Assembly: GCA_963704165.1 (NCBI GenBank)
Contig: CAVPHD010000005.1
Span: 244,905 to 308,904 of the forward strand
Source: an uncultured delta proteobacterium
GTDB lineage: Bacteria; Myxococcota_A; UBA9160; SZUA-336
Reading direction: 5' to 3'
Length of the DNA stretch: 64,000 bases
The notes beneath the pieces were generated by a model. The model searched no databases and had not been told where the DNA came from. It saw only the letters and a program-made list of their open reading frames with translations. This document shows positions 1 to 9,164 of the stretch, piece after piece (position 1 is the stretch's first letter; each line of letters opens with the position of its first letter). Both the position numbers and the translations under genes were made by a program.

Positions 1-2
1 CG

Positions 3-872
3 GCGCTCGGCTTCGAGCGCGCGGACACGAGCGAAGGCGAGGCTCGCAGGTCGGCCTCCCAGCCGATGGTGCCGGTCTCGCCGCGCGACGAGAACGCGTG
101 GTTGCCCTCGGTCGGCGCGATCTGGCAGGTGGCGCCGGGACTGCGCGCGAAGGCGAACTGGAAGCGCGTGCTTCGCCGTCCGACCTTCACGGATCTTTTC
201 CATCCCGACTGGGGGTTCATCCGCGGAAACCCCGAGCTGCTCTCGGAGCGCGGCTGGAACGCGGACGTCGGATTCGAGCTCGCGGGTCGCGGCTCCGGAC
301 CCCTCGGAGATCTGCGACTCGAGGCGGACGTGTTCCAGCGTGAGCTCGACGAGGGAATCGAGTGGGTGCTGAACGTGAACAACGCGTACATGCCCTTGAA
401 TACCGGCCCGTCGCGCGCGCGCGGCGTCGAGGTCGGGCTCGGCGCGACGCTCTTCGAACGCCTGCAGATCGGCGCGTCCTACACCTACACCGACGCACGC
501 TATCTCGGTGGTGGCAGCGACGCCGCCTACGAGAGCGGCGTCGAGCGGATCTTCCCGCACGTTCCCGAGCACGCGTACTCGCTGAATGCCGCAGTCGACC
601 TCGGCGCGCTCGAGCCTTGGACGGAGCTGCGCTACGAGAGCGAGGTCTCCTACCAGGTCGGGCGCGCGACACTCTCCGACGACGCGCTTCAGATCGATGC
701 CGGCGTGATCCTCCGGCCGGAGCGCATGCGCGGCCTCGCGTTCCTGCCGTCGGGCGTGACGCTCTCGGTCGAGGCTTCGAACCTGACGGGCGAGCAGCGC
801 AGTGACTCCCTCGGGCAGCCCCTACCGAATCAGACGCTCTGGCTGGTTCGTGTTCGCGGTGCGACGAGATGA
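3..872 (+). CDS. TonB-dependent outer-membrane receptor, C-terminal part (5' truncated by window edge)
   Basis: Frame is open from base 3. Typical barrel motifs RRPTFTDLF, GNPELLSERGWNADVG, ARGVEVG, ASYTYTDAR, VEASNLT. Confidence 0.85.
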   Translation, partial: ALGFERADTSEGEARRSASQPMVPVSPRDENAWLPSVGAIWQVAPGLRAKANWKRVLRRPTFTDLFHPDWGFIRGNPELLSERGWNADVGFELAGRGSGPLGDLRLEADVFQRELDEGIEWVLNVNNAYMPLNTGPSRARGVEVGLGATLFERLQIGASYTYTDARYLGGGSDAAYESGVERIFPHVPEHAYSLNAAVDLGALEPWTELRYESEVSYQVGRATLSDDALQIDAGVILRPERMRGLAFLPSGVTLSVEASNLTGEQRSDSLGQPLPNQTLWLVRVRGATR

Positions 873-2641
873 GTGCTGCAGCCGTCCTGCTCGCCGCGAC
901 GCTCAGCGTCGGCTCGGCCTCGACCGACACGCTGCTCGTCGATGCGTTCGCGCCCCCGGCACTGGAGTCACACCCGACCGACGCCGACCGCGCGTTCGTC
1001 GCCGCGTCGAGCAATGGCCCGGGCGTCTTCGAGCTGCGGATCGCGCCGGGGCAGTCGCTCGCCTACGTGGGCGCGTCGTATCTGCTCCCGGGGAACCTGA
1101 ACTGCACGGAGTCGGCGCCCTTCACGGTTCCGACGCTCGGAAACGTGACGCTCGAGCGCGGGACCGGCGCGAGCCGGGGCTGGATCACGACTTCGGGCTG
1201 CGAGCTCGCTTTGCCGTTCAACTGGGCGACCGGCGCCGGATGGCCGTTGCTCTACTCGTCGCAGAGCCGCACGTCGGTTCCGACCCGGCACACGATCGCA
1301 GGCGCCTTCACGCGCTATCAGAACGGCGGCGGCGGCGCCTCGATCAGCTCGTTCAAGACCAACTTCACGAGCGCGGCGCTTCGGATCGGGAGCCGGCTGG
1401 TGGTCGCGACCTCGAACATCCATCAGGCGGGGTCGAATCCGGTCTGGAACCCCGGCACGGTGCTCTTCTTCGCGATCGACGATTCCGGGCCGACGACGAC
1501 CGTCGCGCCGGCGAGCCCGTTCTTCGCGATCACCTCGGAGCCGAACCCGGTCGCGCTGACCGAGCTCCCCGGTGGGCGCGTTGCGGTGACCAACGCGGGG
1601 ATCTTCGATGCCGGCTTTCCTCCGCAGCTCACCGGCCGGGGCAGCATCGACGTGCTCGACGCGCAGACAGGACTCTTCGTCGGCTCGATTCCACTCGGAG
1701 CCGGCAATCCGGCGGGCCGTGGGCTCGCGCTCGATCCGACGAGTTCGGTCGCGGTCGCGGGTTCTGCGACGTTGCGCCAGCTGGTCGCGATCGACATTCG
1801 CGGCATCGCGGCGCTTTCGACGGTCGCGGTCGATGCGCGCCTGCAGCGACCGTCGTGCAATGACGGCACGCCCGCGACCGCCGGGGGCGTCCCGTGTCTG
1901 CGTGAACGGGTGATCCGCGACGGCGCGAATCCGATCGTACTCCCGCCGCCACCGGGATCGAGCGGTCTCTACTCGTACGTCTCGCAGGTGCGCTTCGGCG
2001 CCTCGGGGGACTTCCTCGCCGCCACGTCGTACAACGACGGAGGCCTCGCGCTGCTCGCCTTCGACCCCCGGAACCTCTCGACGCCGCACCCGCTGCTCGC
2101 GTCGCGTTTCGGTGTAGCCCAGACGCTCGCCGCCACGGGCCCCGCCGGCGTGATCGGCGAGGAGTGCTGTCCGGGTCCGATGATCCTGCACGCGAACAGC
2201 GGGGGAGGACTCGCTGGCGCGGATCTCCTGCTCGCGACCGCGAGCCCCAACGGCATCGTCGTTCGCGGGCACCTCGCCGGAGCCGTCACGTCCGCGACCG
2301 GTGATCACGATGGCGACGGCGTCGAGGACGCGCTCGACGACTGCCCGGTCACTTCGAACGCCGCACAGACCGACTCGGGTGGACTCGCGACCCCGGTCCC
2401 CGATGGAATCGGCGACGCGTGTCAGTGCGGCGACTCGAGCGGCAACGGCATCGTCGATCTCGCGGACGTGGGCGCGCTGCGCTCGTTCCTGGCCGGCTCT
2501 CTGGGCGCGCTTCCCGCGCCGGAGAAGTGCGACGTCGGAGGCAGCATCGGCTGCGATCTCGAGGACTTCGTCCGGCTGAGTCGGGCGCTCGGGGGACTCG
2601 CGCCCGGGATCGCGCATGTCTGCGGGCCGTTTCTCCCGTAA
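869..2641 (+). CDS. Secreted beta-propeller-like protein with C-terminal thrombospondin type-3 repeat and dockerin-like Ca-binding module
   Basis: Signal-like N-terminus, YncE-like blades (NPVALTELPGGRVAVTNAG, GSIDVLD), DHDGDGVEDALDDCP...DGIGDACQCGDSSGNGIVDLADV tail. ATGA overlap with the receptor gene. Confidence 0.65.
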   Translation: MSAAAVLLAATLSVGSASTDTLLVDAFAPPALESHPTDADRAFVAASSNGPGVFELRIAPGQSLAYVGASYLLPGNLNCTESAPFTVPTLGNVTLERGTGASRGWITTSGCELALPFNWATGAGWPLLYSSQSRTSVPTRHTIAGAFTRYQNGGGGASISSFKTNFTSAALRIGSRLVVATSNIHQAGSNPVWNPGTVLFFAIDDSGPTTTVAPASPFFAITSEPNPVALTELPGGRVAVTNAGIFDAGFPPQLTGRGSIDVLDAQTGLFVGSIPLGAGNPAGRGLALDPTSSVAVAGSATLRQLVAIDIRGIAALSTVAVDARLQRPSCNDGTPATAGGVPCLRERVIRDGANPIVLPPPPGSSGLYSYVSQVRFGASGDFLAATSYNDGGLALLAFDPRNLSTPHPLLASRFGVAQTLAATGPAGVIGEECCPGPMILHANSGGGLAGADLLLATASPNGIVVRGHLAGAVTSATGDHDGDGVEDALDDCPVTSNAAQTDSGGLATPVPDGIGDACQCGDSSGNGIVDLADVGALRSFLAGSLGALPAPEKCDVGGSIGCDLEDFVRLSRALGGLAPGIAHVCGPFLP

Positions 2642-2653
2642 GCTCCGCCGGCG

Positions 2654-3385
2654 ATGAAGAACGAAGAGGTGCGGCAGCTCGCCGGTCCCGTCGAGATCGA
2701 CGAAGCGCTGCGCGAAGGCCGGGACGTGCGACTTCTGCTCGTGCAGGAGGATGCGCGCCACGAGGACGTGGTGAAGCTCGTCGCGCGCGCGCAGGAACTC
2801 GGGATTCCCGTACGCACGGCGACGCGCAACGTCGTGTCACGGCTGTGCAGGGTGAGGCCGGCGGAGGAGGTCCTCGCGCTCGTCGGTCGCGATCCGGACG
2901 CGGACCTCGCCGCGTCATTGGCGCGTCGCGGCGCGTTCTGGCTGCTCGTCGGCGTCGTCTACCCCGGGAACATCGGCATGGTGATTCGGACCGCCGAAGT
3001 GTCCGGCGCCGACGCGATCGCCATCGACGGCGAGTTCGACCACGAAGCCAAGCGCGCCGCACTTCGCGCGGCGATGCGAGCCGACAAGTTCATGCCCGTG
3101 TTCTGGCGGCGCGCCGGGGAGGTCCTCGACGCTGCGCGCGCGACGGGGCACTCGGTGCTCGCGCTCGACGAGTCCGCCGATCGCGCGCCGTGGCAGATCG
3201 ATCTCCTGGGGCCGAAGGTCTTCGTCGTGGGTGGCGAAAACGGTGGGATCCCGCCCGAGATCCTCGCGCGCTGCGACTCCGCGATCCGCGTGCCGATGGG
3301 CGGCTTCATTCCCTGCTACAACCTGCAGGCGGCGGTGTCTGCGATCGCGACGGAACGGTTGCGGCAGCTCTCGAACGCGGACTGA
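2654..3385 (+). CDS. SpoU/TrmH family RNA 2'-O-methyltransferase
   Basis: SPOUT motifs YPGNIGMVIRTA, VVGGENGGI, IRVPMGG..CYNLQAA. Confidence 0.85.
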   Translation: MKNEEVRQLAGPVEIDEALREGRDVRLLLVQEDARHEDVVKLVARAQELGIPVRTATRNVVSRLCRVRPAEEVLALVGRDPDADLAASLARRGAFWLLVGVVYPGNIGMVIRTAEVSGADAIAIDGEFDHEAKRAALRAAMRADKFMPVFWRRAGEVLDAARATGHSVLALDESADRAPWQIDLLGPKVFVVGGENGGIPPEILARCDSAIRVPMGGFIPCYNLQAAVSAIATERLRQLSNAD

Positions 3386-3396
3386 TTCGCGCCCGC

Positions 3397-3642
3397 TCAG
3401 TCGTCGGTGTCGTCGTCTACGTCGGATTCCCGAGACGGGTCCATGGCGTCATCGACGTCCACCTCGCGGCTCTCGTCGTCGAGGTCGTCTACGTCGAACT
3501 CCCGCGAGGGATCCATCGCGTCGTCCACGTCCACCACTCGGCGCTCGTTCGGCTCCTCATCGGCGAGCGACGTTTGCGCCAGGAGCAGGCCCGACATCAG
3601 CCCGACGGCAATCAGCGTGCGTACGGTCGTCATGCCGGACAT
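3397..3642 (-). CDS. Small secreted acidic-repeat protein (about 81 aa)
   Basis: Signal peptide MSGMTTVRTLIAVGLMSGLLLAQTSLA followed by DVDDAMDPSRE twice plus a degenerate copy. Fills the gap between the trmH-like and rapA genes. Confidence 0.6.
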   Translation of the reverse strand: MSGMTTVRTLIAVGLMSGLLLAQTSLADEEPNERRVVDVDDAMDPSREFDVDDLDDESREVDVDDAMDPSRESDVDDDTDD

Positions 3643-3680
3643 GATCGGCAGGGAGCCGGCAGCTTTGTAGCGACGAATGA

Positions 3681-6041
3681 CTACGCCGCCGCCGGGTCTT
3701 CGGGTACGAACCGGAAGAAGCCGGCGCACTCGAGCACGGCCGTTTCGGCCACCTCTTGCTCGCACATCGAGCCGAGTTCGCGGATCCCGTCCGCCGCGCG
3801 GGCGTCGAGCTTCAGCTCCTCCGGCTTGGCGGGGCGGGCCCTCGGAAGCAGCTCGATGATCTTTCTGGCCCATTCGGGGCGATGCTCGCCCTTGGTGTCG
3901 AAGACGACTGGCTGCACGGACGCGCCGTCCTTGAAGATGCAGATCACGCCCGCGCCGCGGTGATCGGAAGACGGCACGGTGAACATCGCGGTACGGCCGC
4001 GCGTGCCGTCCTCGAGCTCGAGCAGCAGGCCCTCGACGAGCGGGTGGCCACTCGCGAAGAAATCGAACTCGTCCTTCTGCAGCGCCTCGACACGCTCGAA
4101 GGTGCCGAGCCAGCGGCTCTCGTCGGGCACACCCGGGATCGACTCGACGGTGAGCGAGGTGCCGAGCTCGAGGTAGTAGAGCGCCGTGCCTCCCTTGTCG
4201 ACGATCTTCAGGCCGAGGTCGTTCGCGGCGCCGAGCGTGTAACGCCGCGTCAGGGACTCGAGCTCGGGGGGCACGAGTGCGAGCAGCTTCTCGGCCTGTG
4301 ACTCGTCGTAGGCGTCCTGGTAGATCACGCGCGGGATGTCGGCGATCGTTCGCGCGCGCGCGGCGTCGATCGACGCGCAGAGCGCGTCCGCGTCGAGATC
4401 GCTCCCCTCTCGCTCCGACCGTTCGAGCGCTTCGCGCACGCCCGAGAGCGCGAGATCGAGGCCCGCCGACGGTCGGCCGAACAGATCGAGCCGCTCGTAG
4501 AGTCCGGCCGTATCCGGCTGCGATTTCTCGCAACGGAAGTAGACGATCTCGACGTCCTTCGTGCGGCCGATCCGATCGAGGCGGCCGATGCGCTGCTCGA
4601 GCGTGACCGGATCCAACGGGAGATCGAAGTGCACCATCCGGTCGCAGAACTGGAAATTGCGTCCCTCGGTCGCCGCCTCGGTGCAGAGAAGTACGGGCAG
4701 ATTCGTCTCGCGAAAGCGCGCGACCTCGAGGTCGCGCTGTGCGGGAGTGAGCGCCTCGTGAAACGTCGCCATGTGCGTGTGCGTCGTCGTCTCGAGGTGC
4801 TTGCGCAGCTTCTCGAGTCGCTCGAGGTCGTGCACGAAGACGAGCGCCTTCTCCTTCCGCTTGTGCCAGCCGCGGACGTTCTTCGCGAGCCACTCCGCGC
4901 GCGGATCCTTCTTCAAGTCCTTCGTCGTCGGGCCGAGATCGATCCGGATCGGTTTCCTCGGCGGGAGTCCGCCGAGATCGCTGCGGCGCACGGCGCTCGT
5001 GCACGGAAAGACCGCCCGACCTTCGGACACCGATGCGTCGAACGCATTGAACTCGCTGAACCGATCCGGGTGAAGGAGCTGCAAGAGGTGGAAGAAGCCG
5101 CGCCGATCCGCCTGCAGCGGCGTTGCCGAGAGCAGGATCGCGTGCTTCGACTCTCGGATGATCGGCGCCACCGCGGCATCGACGTCCTCGAGCGCGAGGC
5201 GATGGGCTTCGTCGACGACGACGAGGTCGAGATCGGCGTTCCGCGCCATCCGCGCCAGAGCCGGATCGGTGGCGAGATCCTCCATCGAGATCACCCCGAA
5301 GGGGTGCACGTCGAAGGGATTGTTTCCTTCACCGTAGTCGCGTTCGACGCTCTCGATGCGCGCCTCGTCGAGCAGCACGAAGACCTGATGGAATTTTCGG
5401 TAGAGCTCGCCCAGCCACTGCACCGTCAGCGTCGAAGGTGCGATCACCAGCGCGCGCTTCGCGCGTCCGGTGCGAACCAGAGCCGAGAGCACGAGACAGG
5501 CCATGATCGTCTTGCCGAGCCCGACCTCGTCCGCGAGCAACCAGCGGACGGAGTCCATCCGAACCGCCGCGAGTGCCGTGTGGAGCTGGTGCGGAAAGAG
5601 GGCGATGCGTCCGCCGAGGAAGCTGCCGAGTCCTCCGGCTTCGCGGATCGTTCGCAGCGAGAACCCATCCACGCGATTTCGGAACGATCCGAGGCGATCG
5701 AGCTTGAACAGCGCGAGTCGCTCGATCGGGCCCGGACTGCCCTCGACGGGCCACAGGTCGGCATCCTCGACGCGCCGTCCGTCCGCGAGCAGGTACGCGT
5801 CACCGTCCCAACGGTCGATGCGCACTTCGCGTTCGGCCGTGAGCTCGATCGCGATCGACCCCGGCGCCATGATCAGCGGCGTCAGGCCCGCGCCCTGCGC
5901 CGCGAGCGTGACCTCGCGTTCGACGGCCGGGAAGTACACCACGAGATACCGGCCGTCGACACGACGAACGAGACCCACCCCAAGCTCGGGATTGAAGGGG
6001 TGGACGAGCTTGCTGCCTTCCCGCCAGGCTGGGGTCGCCAT
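3681..6041 (-). CDS. rapA: SNF2-family helicase, RNA polymerase-associated RapA/HepA-like
   Basis: LLADEVGLGKT, VVVDEAH, LLSATP, EGRNFQF, EQRIGRLDRIG, and C-terminal GHPLV motif. Confidence 0.8.
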   Translation of the reverse strand: MATPAWREGSKLVHPFNPELGVGLVRRVDGRYLVVYFPAVEREVTLAAQGAGLTPLIMAPGSIAIELTAEREVRIDRWDGDAYLLADGRRVEDADLWPVEGSPGPIERLALFKLDRLGSFRNRVDGFSLRTIREAGGLGSFLGGRIALFPHQLHTALAAVRMDSVRWLLADEVGLGKTIMACLVLSALVRTGRAKRALVIAPSTLTVQWLGELYRKFHQVFVLLDEARIESVERDYGEGNNPFDVHPFGVISMEDLATDPALARMARNADLDLVVVDEAHRLALEDVDAAVAPIIRESKHAILLSATPLQADRRGFFHLLQLLHPDRFSEFNAFDASVSEGRAVFPCTSAVRRSDLGGLPPRKPIRIDLGPTTKDLKKDPRAEWLAKNVRGWHKRKEKALVFVHDLERLEKLRKHLETTTHTHMATFHEALTPAQRDLEVARFRETNLPVLLCTEAATEGRNFQFCDRMVHFDLPLDPVTLEQRIGRLDRIGRTKDVEIVYFRCEKSQPDTAGLYERLDLFGRPSAGLDLALSGVREALERSEREGSDLDADALCASIDAARARTIADIPRVIYQDAYDESQAEKLLALVPPELESLTRRYTLGAANDLGLKIVDKGGTALYYLELGTSLTVESIPGVPDESRWLGTFERVEALQKDEFDFFASGHPLVEGLLLELEDGTRGRTAMFTVPSSDHRGAGVICIFKDGASVQPVVFDTKGEHRPEWARKIIELLPRARPAKPEELKLDARAADGIRELGSMCEQEVAETAVLECAGFFRFVPEDPAAA

Positions 6042-6199
6042 GCGACGCGTTGGGTAGCCCAGCCCGCGTCGCTTGCAAAGCCCCGTGCGCGCAGGTCCCG
6101 CGCAGCTTCCCTGCCCGAGTGGCGGCAGGCGCAGGTCGATCGCTCGAAGGACCCGCCGATGCTACGGGATCGGACTCGGCTCGGCACCGAAGTTCGCGC

Positions 6200-6259
6200 T
6201 TGACCCGGCTCGGTACGGCCGCGTATTCATGCGGATCAGAACCGGAATTCTCATTCCGG
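6200..6259 (+). promoter_or_regulatory. Putative sigma70 promoter with palindromic TetR-type operator
   Basis: TTGACC-N18-TATTCA at 6200-6229, then a perfect inverted repeat CCGGAAT-tctc-ATTCCGG at 6242-6259, upstream of the TetR gene. Confidence 0.55.
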
Positions 6260-6283
6260 CAACTCGATGACGGGAGATTCGCA

Positions 6284-6958
6284 ATGGCCGCCCCCCAGCT
6301 ACAGCCCCAGGCGCTCGAATGGGTCCGCCCACCCCGCCAGGCGCGCAGCCATCTGACGCTCGGTCGGATTCTCGATGCCGCGGAGTCGCTGCTCCGAGAG
6401 AAGTGCTGGGAGGACGCCTCGGTGGCGGAGATCGCCCGCTGCGCCGGATCGTCCGTGGGAGCGTTCTACTCGCGATTCCGGGACAAGGATGCGCTGCTCA
6501 CGGCGCTCCACGAGCGCTTCGTCGAGGAGGCCATCGCGACGGCCGAGCACGCGATGAGCGAGCAGCGCTGGGCGGGCTCGTCGATCTGCGAGATCGTCCG
6601 CGAGCTCGTGGCGTTTCAGGTTCGCATCCAGGATCAGAACGCGGGGCTCGGGCGGGCGATCGTTCGACGCGCCTCGGTGAACCCGGATTACCAAGCGCGA
6701 AGTCTGCGGCTGGCCAGACACATCGAAGAGCTCTTCGCTCGCCTCGTCGTCGCGCGTCGTCACGAGATCCTGCACCCGGTCCCGGTCGTCGCGGCCGCAT
6801 TCGCGAGCCGTCTGATCTCGGGCGTGATGCTGCACCGGCTGGTCTTTCCCCTGACGGCCAGCATCGGCAGCCCCGGCGCCTCGCTCGTCGAAGAGCTGAC
6901 ACACGCTGCGCTTGCCTACCTCGGTGTCTTCCCCGAGGACGCGATCGACGCCTACTGA
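6284..6958 (+). CDS. TetR/AcrR family transcriptional regulator
   Basis: PRQARS..RILDAAESLL..ASVAEIARCAGSSVGAFYSRFRDKDAL helix-turn-helix. GGGAG Shine-Dalgarno before ATG 6284. Confidence 0.9.
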   Translation: MAAPQLQPQALEWVRPPRQARSHLTLGRILDAAESLLREKCWEDASVAEIARCAGSSVGAFYSRFRDKDALLTALHERFVEEAIATAEHAMSEQRWAGSSICEIVRELVAFQVRIQDQNAGLGRAIVRRASVNPDYQARSLRLARHIEELFARLVVARRHEILHPVPVVAAAFASRLISGVMLHRLVFPLTASIGSPGASLVEELTHAALAYLGVFPEDAIDAY

Positions 6959-6965
6959 GCCGACG

Positions 6966-7405
6966 ATGCGTGCGTCCTTGTGGGTCGCCTGCGTCGCGCT
7001 CGTGTTCGCCTGCGGGCGCGAGGAGCGGGTGTCGGTCCCCGAGGCCGCCCCGGTCGCGAGCGCGCCCGTGGACCCGCTCGGCCGCCTCGATCCGGCCCCG
7101 TACCGCCCGGAGATCGAGGCGGCGGAGAACTTCTCTACGCCGGGGAGGGACTCTCGGCCGACGGCTGGAAGGCGCTGTCGAAGGCACTGCTCGAGCTGCA
7201 CAACGAGATCGTCTTTCGCGACGAGTCCGCGAACGCCCGAGACACGAGCGCGAAGCTCTTCTTCCTCTCCGCCCGCGCGGAGGCCACGAACAGCCGGGAC
7301 GACGGCGATGCCGAGCTCGCCGAGCTACGCGAGCTCTGGAAGCAGCTCAGCGCGGAGGGATTCGCGCCAGCGGATTGGATGCGCGCAAAGGCGGCCGCCC
7401 CCTAG
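6966..7405 (+). CDS. Hypothetical lipoprotein (one frameshift at about 7128, probably a sequence error)
   Basis: Lipobox LVFAC. Frame switches from ...PEIEAAE to LLYAGEGLSADGWKALSKALLEL... Confidence 0.55.
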
Positions 7406-7438
7406 CCTCGACAGCGACGCGGACCTGCAGTCCGATTC

Positions 7439-8053
7439 TCAGCGCGCGAGCTCGCCGAGTCGCTTCTGGATCCAACGCCGATACAGCTCGGCGGGATGTG
7501 CGCCGGTGATCGCGGTATCCGTGCCGGCCATCTGCACGGCCGGAACTCCGCCCACGCCGAGCTCGACGGCCTGGTTGTGCTCCTCGCTCACCTGCTGGAG
7601 CAACGCGGGATCCGCCGCGCGCGCGAACTCCCGCTCCGGCAGGCCCGACTCGAGCCAGATCGCACGCAGCGTCGCCTCGTTCGAGATGTCGCGGTTGCGC
7701 GCGAAGTAGGCGTGAAGGAGGGCTCCGTGAACGCGCTCGAAGGATTCGCGGCCGAGCGAAGCCGCAGCCTTCGCGACGAGGTGCGGCGGAAGGCTGTGAG
7801 ACGGCGGCCCCTCGTCGCTCTGCCAGACCTGGAATACCGCTTCCGGCTCCTCCTCCGACGCGCGGCGCCACGATTCGGTGTAGCGACGGAACTTCTCGAG
7901 GCTGCGGCCCGGCTCGGGATGCGGGCGGAGCAGAAAGCTCTTCCACCGCAGCTCGATCGCGTCGCCGAACTCGCTCTCGATCTCTCGCAGCCGGACCGCC
8001 GCGACGTTGCACCATGGTCAGAGGTAGTCGGACCAGACGTTCAGAACGACCAT
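7439..8053 (-). CDS. DsbA/FrnE-family thioredoxin-fold selenoprotein (Sec at codon 12, UPWC)
   Basis: Manual translation gives MVVLNVWSDYL-[TGA]-PWCNVAAVRL...IELRWKSFLLRP...ALLHAYFARNRDIS...AVELGVGGVPAV, 204 aa. The TGA (8020-8018) occupies the first Cys position of the CPWC motif and a SECIS-like hairpin follows. Confidence 0.88.
7985..8004 (-). promoter_or_regulatory. Bacterial SECIS-like hairpin
   Basis: UCGCGGC-GGUCCG-GCUGCGA: 7-bp stem (one G-U pair) with a G-initiated loop starting 20 nt after the UGA. Confidence 0.75.
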
Positions 8054-8083
8054 GCTCGCGAGCCTAGCACGTGCCCGGCGGGT

Positions 8084-9148
8084 TCATTCCTTCGGCAACA
8101 GGGCTTCGAAGCGCGCCTTCTCGGTGGCCTTCAGGTAGGCGTCGTGCGGGGTGACGCGCTTGCTCTGCACGAGCTCGAAGAGCGCGTCGTCCATCAGCTG
8201 CATGCCGTCCTGTTTGCCCTGCTGGATGAACGAGCCGAGCATCGAGACGTTCGCCTCGCGGATGATGTTCGGCAGCGCCTTCGTCTTCAGCATGATCTCG
8301 TTCGCGGGGACGCGATCCTTGCCGTCGGCGGCGGGCAGCAGTAGCTGCGAGACGACGGCGGCCAGGGAGTCGGCGAGCGAGAGGCGCGCTTGCGCCTGCT
8401 CGTCGGCGGGAAACGTGTCGATGATGCGGTCGATCGTCTTGGGGGCGCTGTTCGTGTGCAGCGTTCCGAAGACGAGCAGGCCCATTTCGGCTGCGGTCAA
8501 CGCCAGTGAGATCGTCTCGTAGTCGCGCATCTCGCCGACGAGGACCACGTCGGCGTCCTGGCGGATCGCGGCGCGAAGACCCGGGCCGAAGCCCTTCGTG
8601 TGCGAGCCGATCTCGCGATGCGAGAAGATGCTCTTCTGGTTCTGGTGCACGAACTCGATCGGCTCCTCGAGCGTGAGGATGTGTCTCGAGCGGGTGCGGT
8701 TGATTCGATCGATGATGGCTGCCAGCGTCGTCGACTTCCCCGAGCCCGTCGGTCCGGTCACGACGACCAGGCCCTTGCGGAGCTCGGCGAGCGACTCGAT
8801 CGCCTTCGGCAGCTTAAGATCCTCGAGCGGGACGATCTTCTCGGGGATCATTCGGAGAACGGCCCCCGCGCCGCGCTCCTGCACGAAGAAGTTCGCGCGA
8901 AAGCGCGCCACGCTCTCGAGCCCATAGGCGAAGTCGAGGTCGTGGCATTCCGTGTAGCTGGCCCACTGCGCTTCGGTCGTGATCTCGCGCATCAGCTTGC
9001 GCAGGCCCGCGTCGTCGAGTGGCGTCGCCCCTGCGACCGGACGCAGCTCGCCGTTCACGCGCACGCGAGGATCGATCCCCGCGGCCAGATGCAGGTCGGA
9101 CCCGCCGTGCTGCTTCAAGTACCGAAGAAGGTCGTCGATCTGCGCCAA
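8084..9148 (-). CDS. pilT: Type IV pilus retraction ATPase PilT/PilU family
   Basis: GSDLHL, GPTGSGKSTTLAA, HILTLEEPIEF, VGEMRD, GTLHTNSA, RIID. Confidence 0.92.
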   Translation of the reverse strand: MAQIDDLLRYLKQHGGSDLHLAAGIDPRVRVNGELRPVAGATPLDDAGLRKLMREITTEAQWASYTECHDLDFAYGLESVARFRANFFVQERGAGAVLRMIPEKIVPLEDLKLPKAIESLAELRKGLVVVTGPTGSGKSTTLAAIIDRINRTRSRHILTLEEPIEFVHQNQKSIFSHREIGSHTKGFGPGLRAAIRQDADVVLVGEMRDYETISLALTAAEMGLLVFGTLHTNSAPKTIDRIIDTFPADEQAQARLSLADSLAAVVSQLLLPAADGKDRVPANEIMLKTKALPNIIREANVSMLGSFIQQGKQDGMQLMDDALFELVQSKRVTPHDAYLKATEKARFEALLPKE

Positions 9149-9164
9149 CCCGTTCCCCTCGTTC

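Noticed and set aside
6284..6958. Local TetR as the KstR ortholog
   Set aside because: Its sequence does not resemble KstR as recalled and it has its own different palindrome. An HMM search would be needed to exclude it fully.
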